DNA of 64,000 nucleotides, from the IMG/VR virus record IMGVR_UViG_3300024294_000597. One strand, given 5' to 3'. The translations under genes and the position numbers were made by a program. Numbering within the stretch: the first letter of the stretch is position 1; every line of letters begins with the position of its first letter. The notes below the pieces were generated by a model. That model worked only from the letters and a program-made list of their open reading frames with translations, was not told where the DNA came from and searched no databases. Positions 50,320-59,533 of this stretch are shown here, one piece after another. This stretch comes from a virus.

Positions 50320-51197
50320 ACAGCCATTGGTGCTTTTATAAACGGTTCCGGGTCATAACCAACAAGTTCAAAGTCTTCCATTTTAAAATCATCTATTGAT
50401 TCTACAGTTCTGTTGATTTTTAATTTAGGGTATGGTTTAGCAGTTCTACCTAATTGTGTTTTGATTGCATCACTATGATTGACATATACATGCACATCAC
50501 CAAAGATATGATTCAGTTCACCTACACCTAGTTTGCATACATGTGCAATCATATATGTTAATAAAGAATATGATGCAATGTTAAATGGAACTCCTAAGAA
50601 TAAATCTGCACTACGTTGGTACATGTTACAATGTAATCTATTATCATTGGATACATAAAACTGTGCCATAGTATGACATGGAGGTAAAGCCATCATATCT
50701 ATATCACTTGGATTCCATGCATTAAGAATATGCCTACGTGATTGTGGATTCTCTTTAATACCTTTTATTAGTTCAGCTATCTGGTCAACTCTACGTCTAG
50801 CACCGTTGTATGAGCGCCATTGGACGCCATATACGGGTCCTAAGTTCTTTTCTGTATCAGTGTTAGTAAAGCCTAAGTCTTTGCCTTGATTATCTGCATT
50901 AGCAGTCCAGATAGTATTCTTGTCTATAAGTTCTTCTCTAGGTTTACCATAATGAATTTCTGCTAGTCTACGTTCATCACTGGAACCTTCTAAGAACCAA
51001 AGTAGTTCACTGAGTACTGCTTTAAAGTTTACTTTCTTTGTAGTTAGTAGGGGATATCCAGCTTCTAATTCAAAGTTTAAATGTGAAAAAAACTTACTAC
51101 GAGTTCCGGTACCAGTTCTTTCTTGGTCTCTTAGTTCTCCTTGGTTGATAACATAGTATAGCAGTTCTAAATATTCTTCTTCACTCCAATTAGACAT
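50316..51197 (-). CDS. thyA: Thymidylate synthase
   Basis: RTGTGT, ELLWF, GPVYG.QWR, MALPPCH, YQRSAD, GVPFN. Confidence 0.97.
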   Translation of the reverse strand: MSNWSEEEYLELLYYVINQGELRDQERTGTGTRSKFFSHLNFELEAGYPLLTTKKVNFKAVLSELLWFLEGSSDERRLAEIHYGKPREELIDKNTIWTANADNQGKDLGFTNTDTEKNLGPVYGVQWRSYNGARRRVDQIAELIKGIKENPQSRRHILNAWNPSDIDMMALPPCHTMAQFYVSNDNRLHCNMYQRSADLFLGVPFNIASYSLLTYMIAHVCKLGVGELNHIFGDVHVYVNHSDAIKTQLGRTAKPYPKLKINRTVESIDDFKMEDFELVGYDPEPFIKAPMAV

Positions 51198-51660
51198 TCT
51201 TATTCCTCATTTTACTTTTTCTATTTACTCTTTCAACATATACAACAGCCCGTTTTAACATATCGATATCGTCATAAAATCCACCAAGTGTTCTGTTACA
51301 TTTATGACATAGCCAACCTTTGAATTCATCTGTATCATGGTCATGGTCTACACACCAAACACTGCGATTCTTTCCGCCTATCCCTTGTAACTCTTGTTCG
51401 TTCTTTAAACATATAGGACAACAAAAATCTTTAGCAGGTCTTACGTGTTGTTTTCTAAGTCTGGCTCTGACTGTTTGTAAATGCTTTTCGCATTTTTTAC
51501 ATTCATGTCTTTGTTTTCGTATACCAAAGTTTATTCCCCAACTAAAATTGTCAGATTCCAATATCTCATTGCATTTGGAACATTGTTTAAAAGTTGTTTC
51601 TGGTTCTTTATCACCATCGAAAAGATTATTAAAGCTATTCAATTCTCTGCCACACTTCAA
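51190..51660 (-). CDS. Endonuclease VII-family (putative homing) endonuclease
   Basis: CxxC pairs, CPIC, VDHDH..G.LC..CN..LG. Confidence 0.85.
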   Translation of the reverse strand: MKCGRELNSFNNLFDGDKEPETTFKQCSKCNEILESDNFSWGINFGIRKQRHECKKCEKHLQTVRARLRKQHVRPAKDFCCPICLKNEQELQGIGGKNRSVWCVDHDHDTDEFKGWLCHKCNRTLGGFYDDIDMLKRAVVYVERVNRKSKMRNKNV

Positions 51661-52159
51661 ATGTACAATGGGGTTCCGGGTGTGGGTTTAATTCTTTACT
51701 TGCTGTTAATTGTGTATAATCTTTTAAATAAGTTGTTATATCACATGTAGTATCCACTGAATGAACACCATCTATCCTTGTCAAATAAATCTTATCACAA
51801 AATTTATAAGCATCATCGTATAAGTGTTTACCACCAATGATGAATATTTCTTTACTAGGGTGTCTTGATTGAATTGCAGTAACAATATTTTCTAATGAAT
51901 ATTCTGTATGGTCATATAAATCATGGGCACCTGTGAATTCATCCATACTCTTAGATGTTATTACGTAATTAATTCTATTCTTAAGTGGGGCTATTTTGCC
52001 TAAACTTTTCCATGTATTTGAACCCATAACAACTACATTATCTGTAGTATGTTCCGAAAACCATTTCAAGTCTCGTTTGATTTTAGCCCAAGGTAAATCG
52101 TTGTTATAACCAATGCCACCGTAACTATCAGCGGCGAGAATCATATTAGTCGCCATCAT
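51635..52159 (-). CDS. folA: Dihydrofolate reductase
   Basis: GIGYNNDLPW, DLKWF, VVMGSNTWKS, LKNR, IIGG. Confidence 0.93.
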   Translation of the reverse strand: MMATNMILAADSYGGIGYNNDLPWAKIKRDLKWFSEHTTDNVVVMGSNTWKSLGKIAPLKNRINYVITSKSMDEFTGAHDLYDHTEYSLENIVTAIQSRHPSKEIFIIGGKHLYDDAYKFCDKIYLTRIDGVHSVDTTCDITTYLKDYTQLTASKELNPHPEPHCTFEVWQRIE

Positions 52160-52490
52160 CCTTCTCCTGTTTCTTATTGGACTTAGTTTCTAAGTACTCT
52201 ATGAAATGATTATTTAGTATCTTTTTCACATTCATTACTACGTTTTGCCTAATAGCAGGCATATCAATGAATACTTGGATATCTTCTATTGCATCGAATT
52301 GCTCTACAAGTCTATCCCAACTAAAATCATTAGCAACAGGTAAAGGATTTAGTAACTCATCGCCTTTGAGGACGACATGCTGACCGTTCGCTAGTTTAAC
52401 ACTTATGCTTTTAACAAAAGCTGAAGGAATACTTACTGGAAATATCTCTTCCATTACTCGGTCGAATTCTCCTTCTCTATCAAATTCCAT
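52146..52490 (-). CDS. Hypothetical phage protein
   Basis: ORF in tightly coupled minus-strand run. Confidence 0.7.
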   Translation of the reverse strand: MEFDREGEFDRVMEEIFPVSIPSAFVKSISVKLANGQHVVLKGDELLNPLPVANDFSWDRLVEQFDAIEDIQVFIDMPAIRQNVVMNVKKILNNHFIEYLETKSNKKQEKDDGD

Positions 52491-52759
52491 TATGATAATT
52501 CGTCCTTGTCTTTCATAGAATCAATATGCTCTATTGCGGCTAAGATTACTGCACCTGCTTTAATGAGGTTTTCTTTATAATCATCCGCTGTTGGTGGAGT
52601 AAGCATAGTGGCTCTCCGGGTGTTCTGTACAAGATAGTAAGAAGCTATTGCAACCCAATCATTGGGTGTGTTCTTAATATCTAATTCTGAACCTGGCATA
52701 TCTGTATGCTTTTCACGTTCACGTGTAATTGCATCTAATATTTCACTACGCTTACTCAT
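52490..52759 (-). CDS. Small all-alpha protein, possible MazG-like fold
   Basis: I..ERE..., W, ENLIKAGAVILAAIE; start moved to ATG 52759. Confidence 0.5.
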   Translation of the reverse strand: MSKRSEILDAITREREKHTDMPGSELDIKNTPNDWVAIASYYLVQNTRRATMLTPPTADDYKENLIKAGAVILAAIEHIDSMKDKDELS

Positions 52760-52763
52760 AGTT

Positions 52764-53402
52764 TTACATCTCCGCTGAGGTTGTTTTTGCCGCGATAGCT
52801 TCCTTAGTAGTACCTTTTGGTCTACCTCTACCACGTTTAGGGGCTTCTGCCGCCTTTTGTGCCAGAGTTGGATCATATCTAACTGCCTCTGCACGTTTCT
52901 TTTCAGCTTCATTTTCTAATAGAATAGCCTGCTGTAAAAGATTTTGTGCGATTGATTTGTTATCTTGTTCACTATTTAGTGCAACTTGTTCATCAATCCT
53001 TTCGCCTGGCATTTCGCCAACATCTTCTGCTGGTCTTTCAGCACCATCGGCAATCCTTTCCATTTGTTCGAGAATATCTCCTAATGGAATTTGCTTTTGC
53101 GGAGTTGGTTGCATTATCACTGCATCCACTGGTACCTTTTTCAAGTGACCTCTGGTATGTAGTGATTCTAACATTGTTTCCCCATTCCAAAATGTTTTAC
53201 GTTGAAGTGCCTCATGCAATGAATTTGCCGCTTGGCCTTCTGGCGATACGATAGCCGCCATAAAATCATCATGGAATTTGTCTTGCAACATGTCCGAGTA
53301 AACTACTAGAGCATGTTCCTTGTCTTCTGGTATTTGCATAAAGACTACACTTAGGCGTTGACCTGTGCCTTTATGTCTACCAATGTGTTTAGTAATTGCC
53401 AT
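52764..53402 (-). CDS. Phage protein with C-terminal AT-hook
   Basis: KHIGR N-terminus; coiled coil; PKRGRGRPKG. Confidence 0.75.
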   Translation of the reverse strand: MAITKHIGRHKGTGQRLSVVFMQIPEDKEHALVVYSDMLQDKFHDDFMAAIVSPEGQAANSLHEALQRKTFWNGETMLESLHTRGHLKKVPVDAVIMQPTPQKQIPLGDILEQMERIADGAERPAEDVGEMPGERIDEQVALNSEQDNKSIAQNLLQQAILLENEAEKKRAEAVRYDPTLAQKAAEAPKRGRGRPKGTTKEAIAAKTTSAEM

Positions 53403-53696
53403 TTAACTAGCCGAACCTTCGCCCGTAGTTTCAGCAGGTTGTTCTCCTGCCGCCTCACCAGCCGCGTCCGCCGCCGCTTTTTGTTGTGCTTGGACATGGT
53501 CAACGAATGCCTTCACTTTGTTGGCGATTGCTCCAACTGATGATAATTCCGCGGCTTGAAAAGCGCCACGCTTTGATGCTAAGTCAATAATATTGTAAAT
53601 ATTAACCAAGTCATTTACTGTTACCGAAGGTTGTTCTGATTGAACTTCCTCTGGATTTTTGTTTGCTTCTGTCATTGTTGTATACTCCTTTGACAT
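53403..53696 (-). CDS. Hypothetical phage protein
   Basis: IIDLASKRGAF.A.E; Ala/Glu-rich tail. Confidence 0.75.
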   Translation of the reverse strand: MSKEYTTMTEANKNPEEVQSEQPSVTVNDLVNIYNIIDLASKRGAFQAAELSSVGAIANKVKAFVDHVQAQQKAAADAAGEAAGEQPAETTGEGSAS

Positions 53697-53739
53697 TAGA
53701 TTATTATATATAATAGAATAACTTAATTATTCAACTACT

Positions 53740-53768
53740 ATTATAACAAATTGAGGGAACGAAGTCAA
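53740..53768 (-). promoter_or_regulatory. Consensus sigma70 promoter
   Basis: TTGACT-N17-TATAAT with TG extension. Confidence 0.75.
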
Positions 53769-53782
53769 TACTTTATTTGAAA

Positions 53783-54325
53783 TTATGCTATAATTTTCAC
53801 GTATTCTTCCGGCCAATCCAGATATCTGAGCCAAACCTGGTGCCTGACTTTCATTGTAAAATTCTTTTGAGCCATTAAACTAAAGAAATTTGGTTTGATT
53901 GGTGTTTTGACTGGCTTAATATCAGTACGTGAGCCTTTAGTTGTATTACATTTTTTACATGCCGTCACCATATTTTCCCAACCAGACTTACCACCTTTGG
54001 ATCTAGGTTTAACATGGTCCAAAGTCAAGTCTTTATGATTAAAAGAATCCAAACAATATTGACAAGTGTAATGGTCACGTATGAATACATTTTTACGTGA
54101 AAAGTTTATACCTTCTCTATCTTGGGATACATATTCACGTACTGCAATTACGGCAGGAACTTTCATAGTATGACTAGGCGAATGTACTTCCCAATCATCA
54201 TGCCATTCTAATACATTAATTTTATCCAACCAAATGAGTTTAATACTTTCTTGCCATGTTAAAGTAGAAAGTGGCGAGAGGCATAAAGGTTTGTAGTCCG
54301 CATTTAGTAGTAAGGTATCGCTCAT
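53783..54325 (-). CDS. HNH endonuclease
   Basis: LLLNADY.P, RDHYTCQYC, TLDHVKPRSKGG..WEN.VTAC..CN..K. Confidence 0.92.
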   Translation of the reverse strand: MSDTLLLNADYKPLCLSPLSTLTWQESIKLIWLDKINVLEWHDDWEVHSPSHTMKVPAVIAVREYVSQDREGINFSRKNVFIRDHYTCQYCLDSFNHKDLTLDHVKPRSKGGKSGWENMVTACKKCNTTKGSRTDIKPVKTPIKPNFFSLMAQKNFTMKVRHQVWLRYLDWPEEYVKIIA

Positions 54326-54347
54326 TAATGATATTTATTCTCGTATG

Positions 54348-54368
54348 AAAAGGGAGTTTTATACTCCC
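54348..54368 (-). terminator. Intrinsic terminator
   Basis: gggagt/actccc stem plus T-run on minus strand after vWA gene. Confidence 0.6.
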
Positions 54369-54374
54369 TAGTAT

Positions 54375-55721
54375 TTATGCGGCTTCTTTGTGGTAGTAAG
54401 CGTGTTCACCGAACGGTGGGACGATTGAGTCACTGCCATGAATTACAAATAGTGTATCACAGTAATTTGGATTACCCCAACTACCAAATGGGTATCCATC
54501 AGTAAACATTACAAACTTATCAGGATTGATATCGTTTTGTTCCATGAAGTTAAAGTTACATTCAAAATCAGTACCACCTCCACCAACGATTTCATAATCT
54601 TTGATTTCTTCTTGGTTCATCGGAGTAAACTCCTTGAATGAAAATTCATTAACCTCAGTATCGAAAGTCCAAACTCTAAGTCTAAAGTCCTGAAACTGTT
54701 GCATGATGCCTCCAACTTCACCCATGAAGTCAGCTAACATTTTATTATCAATAGAACCTGAAACATCAAGTCCGATACCTAAGTCAACCATAGTATCATT
54801 GTCTTGACCTGGAAGATAAACACCCATAGACCTAGATTTCCTTGATTGACGCATCCATGTAAAATCTGATTTAAGTAAACTTAAAATAGATGTATTAAGT
54901 AACTGTCGCCAATCCATTTTAGGTTCTGTCATAGACTTAACAAGTCTTTTGATATCACCAGGCATATTACCAGCACCAGCAGTTTGAGCCGCTTGAATAA
55001 CAGCCTGTTTCATTTGGTCTTTAAGTTGTTTTGCTTCCTGTTTAGAAATTTTGATAGGCGCTTTACGTCCTGTAGGATCGTTACCACCTGTGCCACCTGT
55101 TTCATCATTGCCATTACCCATGATATGTTGGTCAAGTGTTTTTTTGTCTTCACCTTGACCTGTTTGTTTCAGATGTTGATAAATTTCCTCAGTGTATTTA
55201 CCATGATACTTAGGATCGAATAGTGCAGATTTTGGCATAACACCAATTCTACTTTCAACACAACCTTGATTAACTTTATAGTCAGCGGCTACATTCCAAA
55301 GTTGAGCATCACGATCCTCCTCTTCAAAATCGAATAGACGACCGCCCTCACCACAATGGTCATATACACAGTGAAGAACCTCATGACCTACTACAAAGTC
55401 AATCTCTTCCGGTGTTAAAGTTCTGAAAAAATCACAGTTATAATAAAAATGTTTGCCATCAACTGCGGCTGTTGGGCACCATTCTGCCTCAACTAGTTTT
55501 AATCGTGTAGCAAGTGTACCAAAGAACGGATGTTTGATAAGCATACGTACTCGACCGCCGACAATCATTTCTTTTACTTCTCGGTCAGTGTATTCGAATA
55601 CTACGGGTTCTTCTGAATTTTCATCTACTTCAATGCCTGCATCTTTCAATACATCATCTACTATTTCATCAACTGTTTTCTGATTTGATACTTGCATGTG
55701 AACGTTACCTTTATCTTTCAT
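54375..55721 (-). CDS. HExxH metallopeptidase-like plus vWA domain protein (MoxR partner; alternative start 55697)
   Basis: PFFG, TAAVDG, HEVLH, N.AAD..N; DVSGS MIDAS, GGGGTDF, FTDGY. Confidence 0.88.
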   Translation of the reverse strand: MKDKGNVHMQVSNQKTVDEIVDDVLKDAGIEVDENSEEPVVFEYTDREVKEMIVGGRVRMLIKHPFFGTLATRLKLVEAEWCPTAAVDGKHFYYNCDFFRTLTPEEIDFVVGHEVLHCVYDHCGEGGRLFDFEEEDRDAQLWNVAADYKVNQGCVESRIGVMPKSALFDPKYHGKYTEEIYQHLKQTGQGEDKKTLDQHIMGNGNDETGGTGGNDPTGRKAPIKISKQEAKQLKDQMKQAVIQAAQTAGAGNMPGDIKRLVKSMTEPKMDWRQLLNTSILSLLKSDFTWMRQSRKSRSMGVYLPGQDNDTMVDLGIGLDVSGSIDNKMLADFMGEVGGIMQQFQDFRLRVWTFDTEVNEFSFKEFTPMNQEEIKDYEIVGGGGTDFECNFNFMEQNDINPDKFVMFTDGYPFGSWGNPNYCDTLFVIHGSDSIVPPFGEHAYYHKEAA

Positions 55722-55730
55722 TATGTATAC

Positions 55731-55759
55731 ATATTAACACGATTCGCTGTATTGTCAAG
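55731..55759 (-). promoter_or_regulatory. Sigma70-type promoter with GANTC in spacer
   Basis: CTTGAC-N17-TAATAT; CGATTCG at 55740-55746 (+); -35 and spacer identical to the 25287 promoter. Confidence 0.8.
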
Positions 55760-55940
55760 TTTTCAATACTTCATTAATCGCATTACGTTCTTTAATTAGT
55801 TGTTCCCTGGTTAAAGCAAACTTAGTGTAATAATCCATATCACTTGTAGTAATCTTATGATATTTACCATCCCTATTGCCTTTTACGTATTTAACTGGCA
55901 ATGACACATTTGATAGACTAGACAATGTAAGCACTCCCAA
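55755..55940 (-). CDS. Small hypothetical protein (start uncertain)
   Basis: Fills gap in minus-strand run. Confidence 0.4.
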   Translation of the reverse strand: MGVLTLSSLSNVSLPVKYVKGNRDGKYHKITTSDMDYYTKFALTREQLIKERNAINEVLKT

Positions 55941-56202
55941 TATGAGCAGAAGGTCTATTATGCTCTACCGGCTTAGTAGCATATTCATCTGAACCAGGAA
56001 CATATACACTTTCCACCATATATTCTACATCTTTTCCTAACATAGGGACTCTAACACCTCTGTCCAATATCTTTTGTATGATATCTTTAGCATGGTCACT
56101 ATCATAAGCAAACACTGATAATTGGTCAACTTCTCCAGCTGGAGCATCAACAGGTCTAATGTTTACTATATAGTCATTTTTTAGCGATTTTAGTGTTATC
56201 AT
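55918..56202 (-). CDS. Hypothetical protein
   Basis: GAGAG RBS and own promoter. Confidence 0.65.
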   Translation of the reverse strand: MITLKSLKNDYIVNIRPVDAPAGEVDQLSVFAYDSDHAKDIIQKILDRGVRVPMLGKDVEYMVESVYVPGSDEYATKPVEHNRPSAHIGSAYIV

Positions 56203-56232
56203 TTGGTCTCTCTTTATTGTTAATATACTTAT

Positions 56233-56261
56233 ATTATACTACAGATTTACAACCTGTCAAC
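56233..56261 (-). promoter_or_regulatory. Sigma70-type promoter
   Basis: GTTGAC-N17-TATAAT. Confidence 0.65.
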
Positions 56262-56283
56262 CTTTTGAGAGATAAAAAACTAA

Positions 56284-57432
56284 TTATTTTATCAAAATAC
56301 TAGCATTTGTGCCACCAAAACCGAAAGAATTGCACAATACAGAGGTTATTTCTGCACGTTCTGACTTACTACGTATGTTTGGACTATAACCTTCTTCAAA
56401 CGCTTCTACGTTCACCGTAGGCGGTATAATAGCGTGTTTTAGAGACATAATAGACATAGCAAGTTCTACAGAACCAGCGGCGCCCATACAGTGTCCTAAC
56501 TGTGATTTGTTAGCAACTATGGGTACATCCTGTAATCCTAATCTATTGATAGCATCTAGTTCCGCATAATCTCCCATAGGTGTTGATGTTCCGTGTACAT
56601 TAATAAGACTAGGTGTTGTGTCTTTTAAAGCATCTTTCATGCATTCTTGTACAACCTTGCCGTCAGGATGAGGAGCAACAGTTTGATAGGCATCATTATT
56701 GATAGCATAACCATCAATCTCGCATATTGTATTGTCCGTCTTATGTTTACTCAATAAGAATAACGCACCGCCTTCACTTAATACTAATCCATCACGTTGA
56801 GTATCATAAGGTCTTGATGCTTTTTCTGGTGTATCATTATATTTGGTTGATAAGGCTCTGAGTTTTCCCATCTGTTTGAATGCATCTGGGTGTATAGTTT
56901 TATCTACAGAACCTGCTATTACATTATCTACCATACCCATTTCAATCATCATGGCCGCCCATATAACACTATAGATGCCTGTGCTACATGCAGTCAAGGT
57001 CATTGCACTAGCACCAGTTAAACCATATTTCATGTTTATATTATGTGCAATCATATCAGGACAATAGTGATAAATGTTATCAGCATTTTCCTTATTTGAC
57101 TGTAAAATTTCTAAGTACATAGAGAAGCCCGGAGATACAATAACACCTGTACGACTTTTATCTAATCCATCTAAGTTTATTTGACTTGCTAATGCTAAAG
57201 CCCATTGATTTGATTCTGGAAGTCTATCACGTTCTGACTCAGTTATGATAGGATATTCTTTTGCATCGAAATGAAACTCTCCAGCTACTTTGCTTCGTGT
57301 CCATCTACTTTCATTTGGGTCAAACTTTGTAATTGGCCCATATGCTACTTTGTTATTGGTAACTCCTTTCCATGTTTCCTGTAAATCACCGAAGGGCGTG
57401 AAACATGAAAGGTCGTTAATATATACGGTCAT
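56284..57432 (-). CDS. fabF: Beta-ketoacyl-ACP synthase II-like ketosynthase
   Basis: Cys-His-His triad: TACSTG, HGTSTPMGD, KSQLGHCMGAAG; NSFGFGGTN. Confidence 0.9.
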   Translation of the reverse strand: MTVYINDLSCFTPFGDLQETWKGVTNNKVAYGPITKFDPNESRWTRSKVAGEFHFDAKEYPIITESERDRLPESNQWALALASQINLDGLDKSRTGVIVSPGFSMYLEILQSNKENADNIYHYCPDMIAHNINMKYGLTGASAMTLTACSTGIYSVIWAAMMIEMGMVDNVIAGSVDKTIHPDAFKQMGKLRALSTKYNDTPEKASRPYDTQRDGLVLSEGGALFLLSKHKTDNTICEIDGYAINNDAYQTVAPHPDGKVVQECMKDALKDTTPSLINVHGTSTPMGDYAELDAINRLGLQDVPIVANKSQLGHCMGAAGSVELAMSIMSLKHAIIPPTVNVEAFEEGYSPNIRSKSERAEITSVLCNSFGFGGTNASILIK

Positions 57433-58204
57433 ATTTTAAATCCGTTGCTATAATGTATTTGATGATTAATCCTGTTGGATCAAATTGATACCACTTCTCT
57501 TGTGTAGTGTAACTTAAACTGTTATTATGATGGTTATTATGCCAACCTTCACCGAATGTGATTAATGCTAAGAACCAGTTATTCTTACTATCATCACCTG
57601 TATCGTGTTCTGGCTTACCAAATATGTGTAGTAAATGTACAATACCAAATGTACCTACCCAAAATTGATACACGCCTGTAATACCTAATACATATCCCGG
57701 TAAGATTGGATCGATAAGAAATAGAATAATCATAGCAACTGTAATAATTTGAAAATAATAACGTTGCATAAATCTTACTTGCGGATCCATATATAAGTCT
57801 TTAAAAATTCTACGTTCAGGAGGAAAGTCTTCATAGAAACCCATTAAGTTTTCCCACCATGATTTTTCTCTTGGACTATGTATGTCCATACCTTCTACAT
57901 CGGAATATTTGTGATGTAATCTATGTCCACCTATCGTTGCTAATGGTTTACCTGGAAAGCCTAATGCGCCCCACCAGAGCAATAGTACCTGACGTTTCCT
58001 TCCAGTCTGATAACTTCTATGTGCCCAATATCTGTGCCAACCTGCAAATCCACCTATCATAGTTGTTATACAACCCCATGCAAACGAGTACCAAAAATAC
58101 TCTGGTGCGGTTATAATACTAAAGAGTAATACCAGGTGCAAAACAATCCATAGTGTTCGCATCTTCCAACCATAAGTATATTTTTCTAGTAGACTTTTAA
58201 TCAT
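57416..58204 (-). CDS. Membrane fatty acid desaturase (delta9-like)
   Basis: His boxes HRYWAH, HRLHH, GEGWHNNHH; TM segments. Confidence 0.92.
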   Translation of the reverse strand: MIKSLLEKYTYGWKMRTLWIVLHLVLLFSIITAPEYFWYSFAWGCITTMIGGFAGWHRYWAHRSYQTGRKRQVLLLWWGALGFPGKPLATIGGHRLHHKYSDVEGMDIHSPREKSWWENLMGFYEDFPPERRIFKDLYMDPQVRFMQRYYFQIITVAMIILFLIDPILPGYVLGITGVYQFWVGTFGIVHLLHIFGKPEHDTGDDSKNNWFLALITFGEGWHNNHHNNSLSYTTQEKWYQFDPTGLIIKYIIATDLKYDRIY

Positions 58205-58811
58205 GTTTTTCTATCCTCTCTCCTGTTCTAAAGTTTCTCCAATTAAACTTCCAAACATCTTGCTTAATCCCATACAATGGGAAATCTTTATGTAATAGAG
58301 TTAGCTTATCTTCGTGTGGCCATGCCACATAAGCAAATCTCCATATCTTGTGCATCGTGCCACTTCTATCTTCACTGTGGTCTTGTGATGCTGTTGTAAC
58401 CACACAATCTGTGGCTCCTTGTTCATGTGCCCAATCTACCATAAAAGGAACTAATCTTGCAAATCCAAACTCATGATACATTCTTCTAGTATTCTGTCTA
58501 TCGTCTGCCATATTACGCCACTCAGGTAGTGTTGCCAATCTATAGTTTATCATATAACATGTATCATGTACATGTGGCAAGTAATGTGCACCTGCCATTG
58601 ATACTATCTTATCCTCGTGATAAACAAACCACCAGTTCTCTTGTGAACCCCATTTGCCAAACTTCAATGCTTTGAGACTAGCATTATTTAGTATACCTGC
58701 ATCACCACACTTATCGCAGAATTCTTCTAAGTCTGCTTTTAATGTGCTATCGTATTCTACTACTTTAAATTCGTAACCCTCTGCACCAGTGAATGTTTCT
58801 AATACTTTCAT
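58197..58811 (-). CDS. GNAT-like (acyltransferase-fold) protein
   Basis: WFVYHEDKIVSMAG...RLATLPEWR beta/alpha pattern; weak. Confidence 0.5.
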   Translation of the reverse strand: MKVLETFTGAEGYEFKVVEYDSTLKADLEEFCDKCGDAGILNNASLKALKFGKWGSQENWWFVYHEDKIVSMAGAHYLPHVHDTCYMINYRLATLPEWRNMADDRQNTRRMYHEFGFARLVPFMVDWAHEQGATDCVVTTASQDHSEDRSGTMHKIWRFAYVAWPHEDKLTLLHKDFPLYGIKQDVWKFNWRNFRTGERIEKHD

Positions 58812-59533
58812 TTCTTAGCCAATAACATTGGAATATAATATTTACCAGCCCAATCAGTTAGGTCATCACGTGACATATCAAGTCTTGCTGAATACTTGTG
58901 ATGTATGTCGTGACATCCCTCTCCCATCATCCAGATGTTTGAAAAGCCACCTAATCTAGCAGGCCCACCCTCTTTGTGTGCTGAGAAGTTTAACCAAGTA
59001 AGTGCTACCCACATGTGAGTAAAGTTAAATGCTTGCCATACAACTAACCACGGGCTGATTATTAAATGTATTAATGTGAATAATGCATATAGTTTCCAAT
59101 AGTTTCTATCAACATAAACTACATCACGTTTCTTTAATAGAAAACGTAAACTAATATAATCCTCTGGCGTCTTATAATGTCCTAACCACATTTTCCAGAA
59201 GCCTAGGTCAGCTGGATTATGCGTGTCCTTATCTGTATCTGAATTCTTATGATGATTTAAATGAGAGTACACATATTGTATTGGACTTCCATTTGCACTC
59301 ATAATAATACCATACAACATTGCATAGCGTCCTACGATATGAGGAACAAATTGGTCATGACATAACCATCGATGATATGCAATCTGTGACAATGCATTTG
59401 TTACACAACCATATAAGGTAAATGTTAATGCAAGTTGCCAAGATCCACCTGTAATAAAGTATGCCGGTATACCAATTAAGGTAATTGCTAACATGAAAAA
59501 TACTTTTACTGTTACTTTATTTTGATATGTCAT
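58808..59533 (-). CDS. Membrane fatty acid desaturase, diverged
   Basis: His boxes HRWLCH, HLNHH, GEGCHDIHH. Confidence 0.88.
   Translation of the reverse strand: MTYQNKVTVKVFFMLAITLIGIPAYFITGGSWQLALTFTLYGCVTNALSQIAYHRWLCHDQFVPHIVGRYAMLYGIIMSANGSPIQYVYSHLNHHKNSDTDKDTHNPADLGFWKMWLGHYKTPEDYISLRFLLKKRDVVYVDRNYWKLYALFTLIHLIISPWLVVWQAFNFTHMWVALTWLNFSAHKEGGPARLGGFSNIWMMGEGCHDIHHKYSARLDMSRDDLTDWAGKYYIPMLLAKK

Noticed and set aside
1120-55683. Numerous 60-160 aa antisense or nested ORFs in the track
   Set aside because: Shadow frames of well-supported genes.
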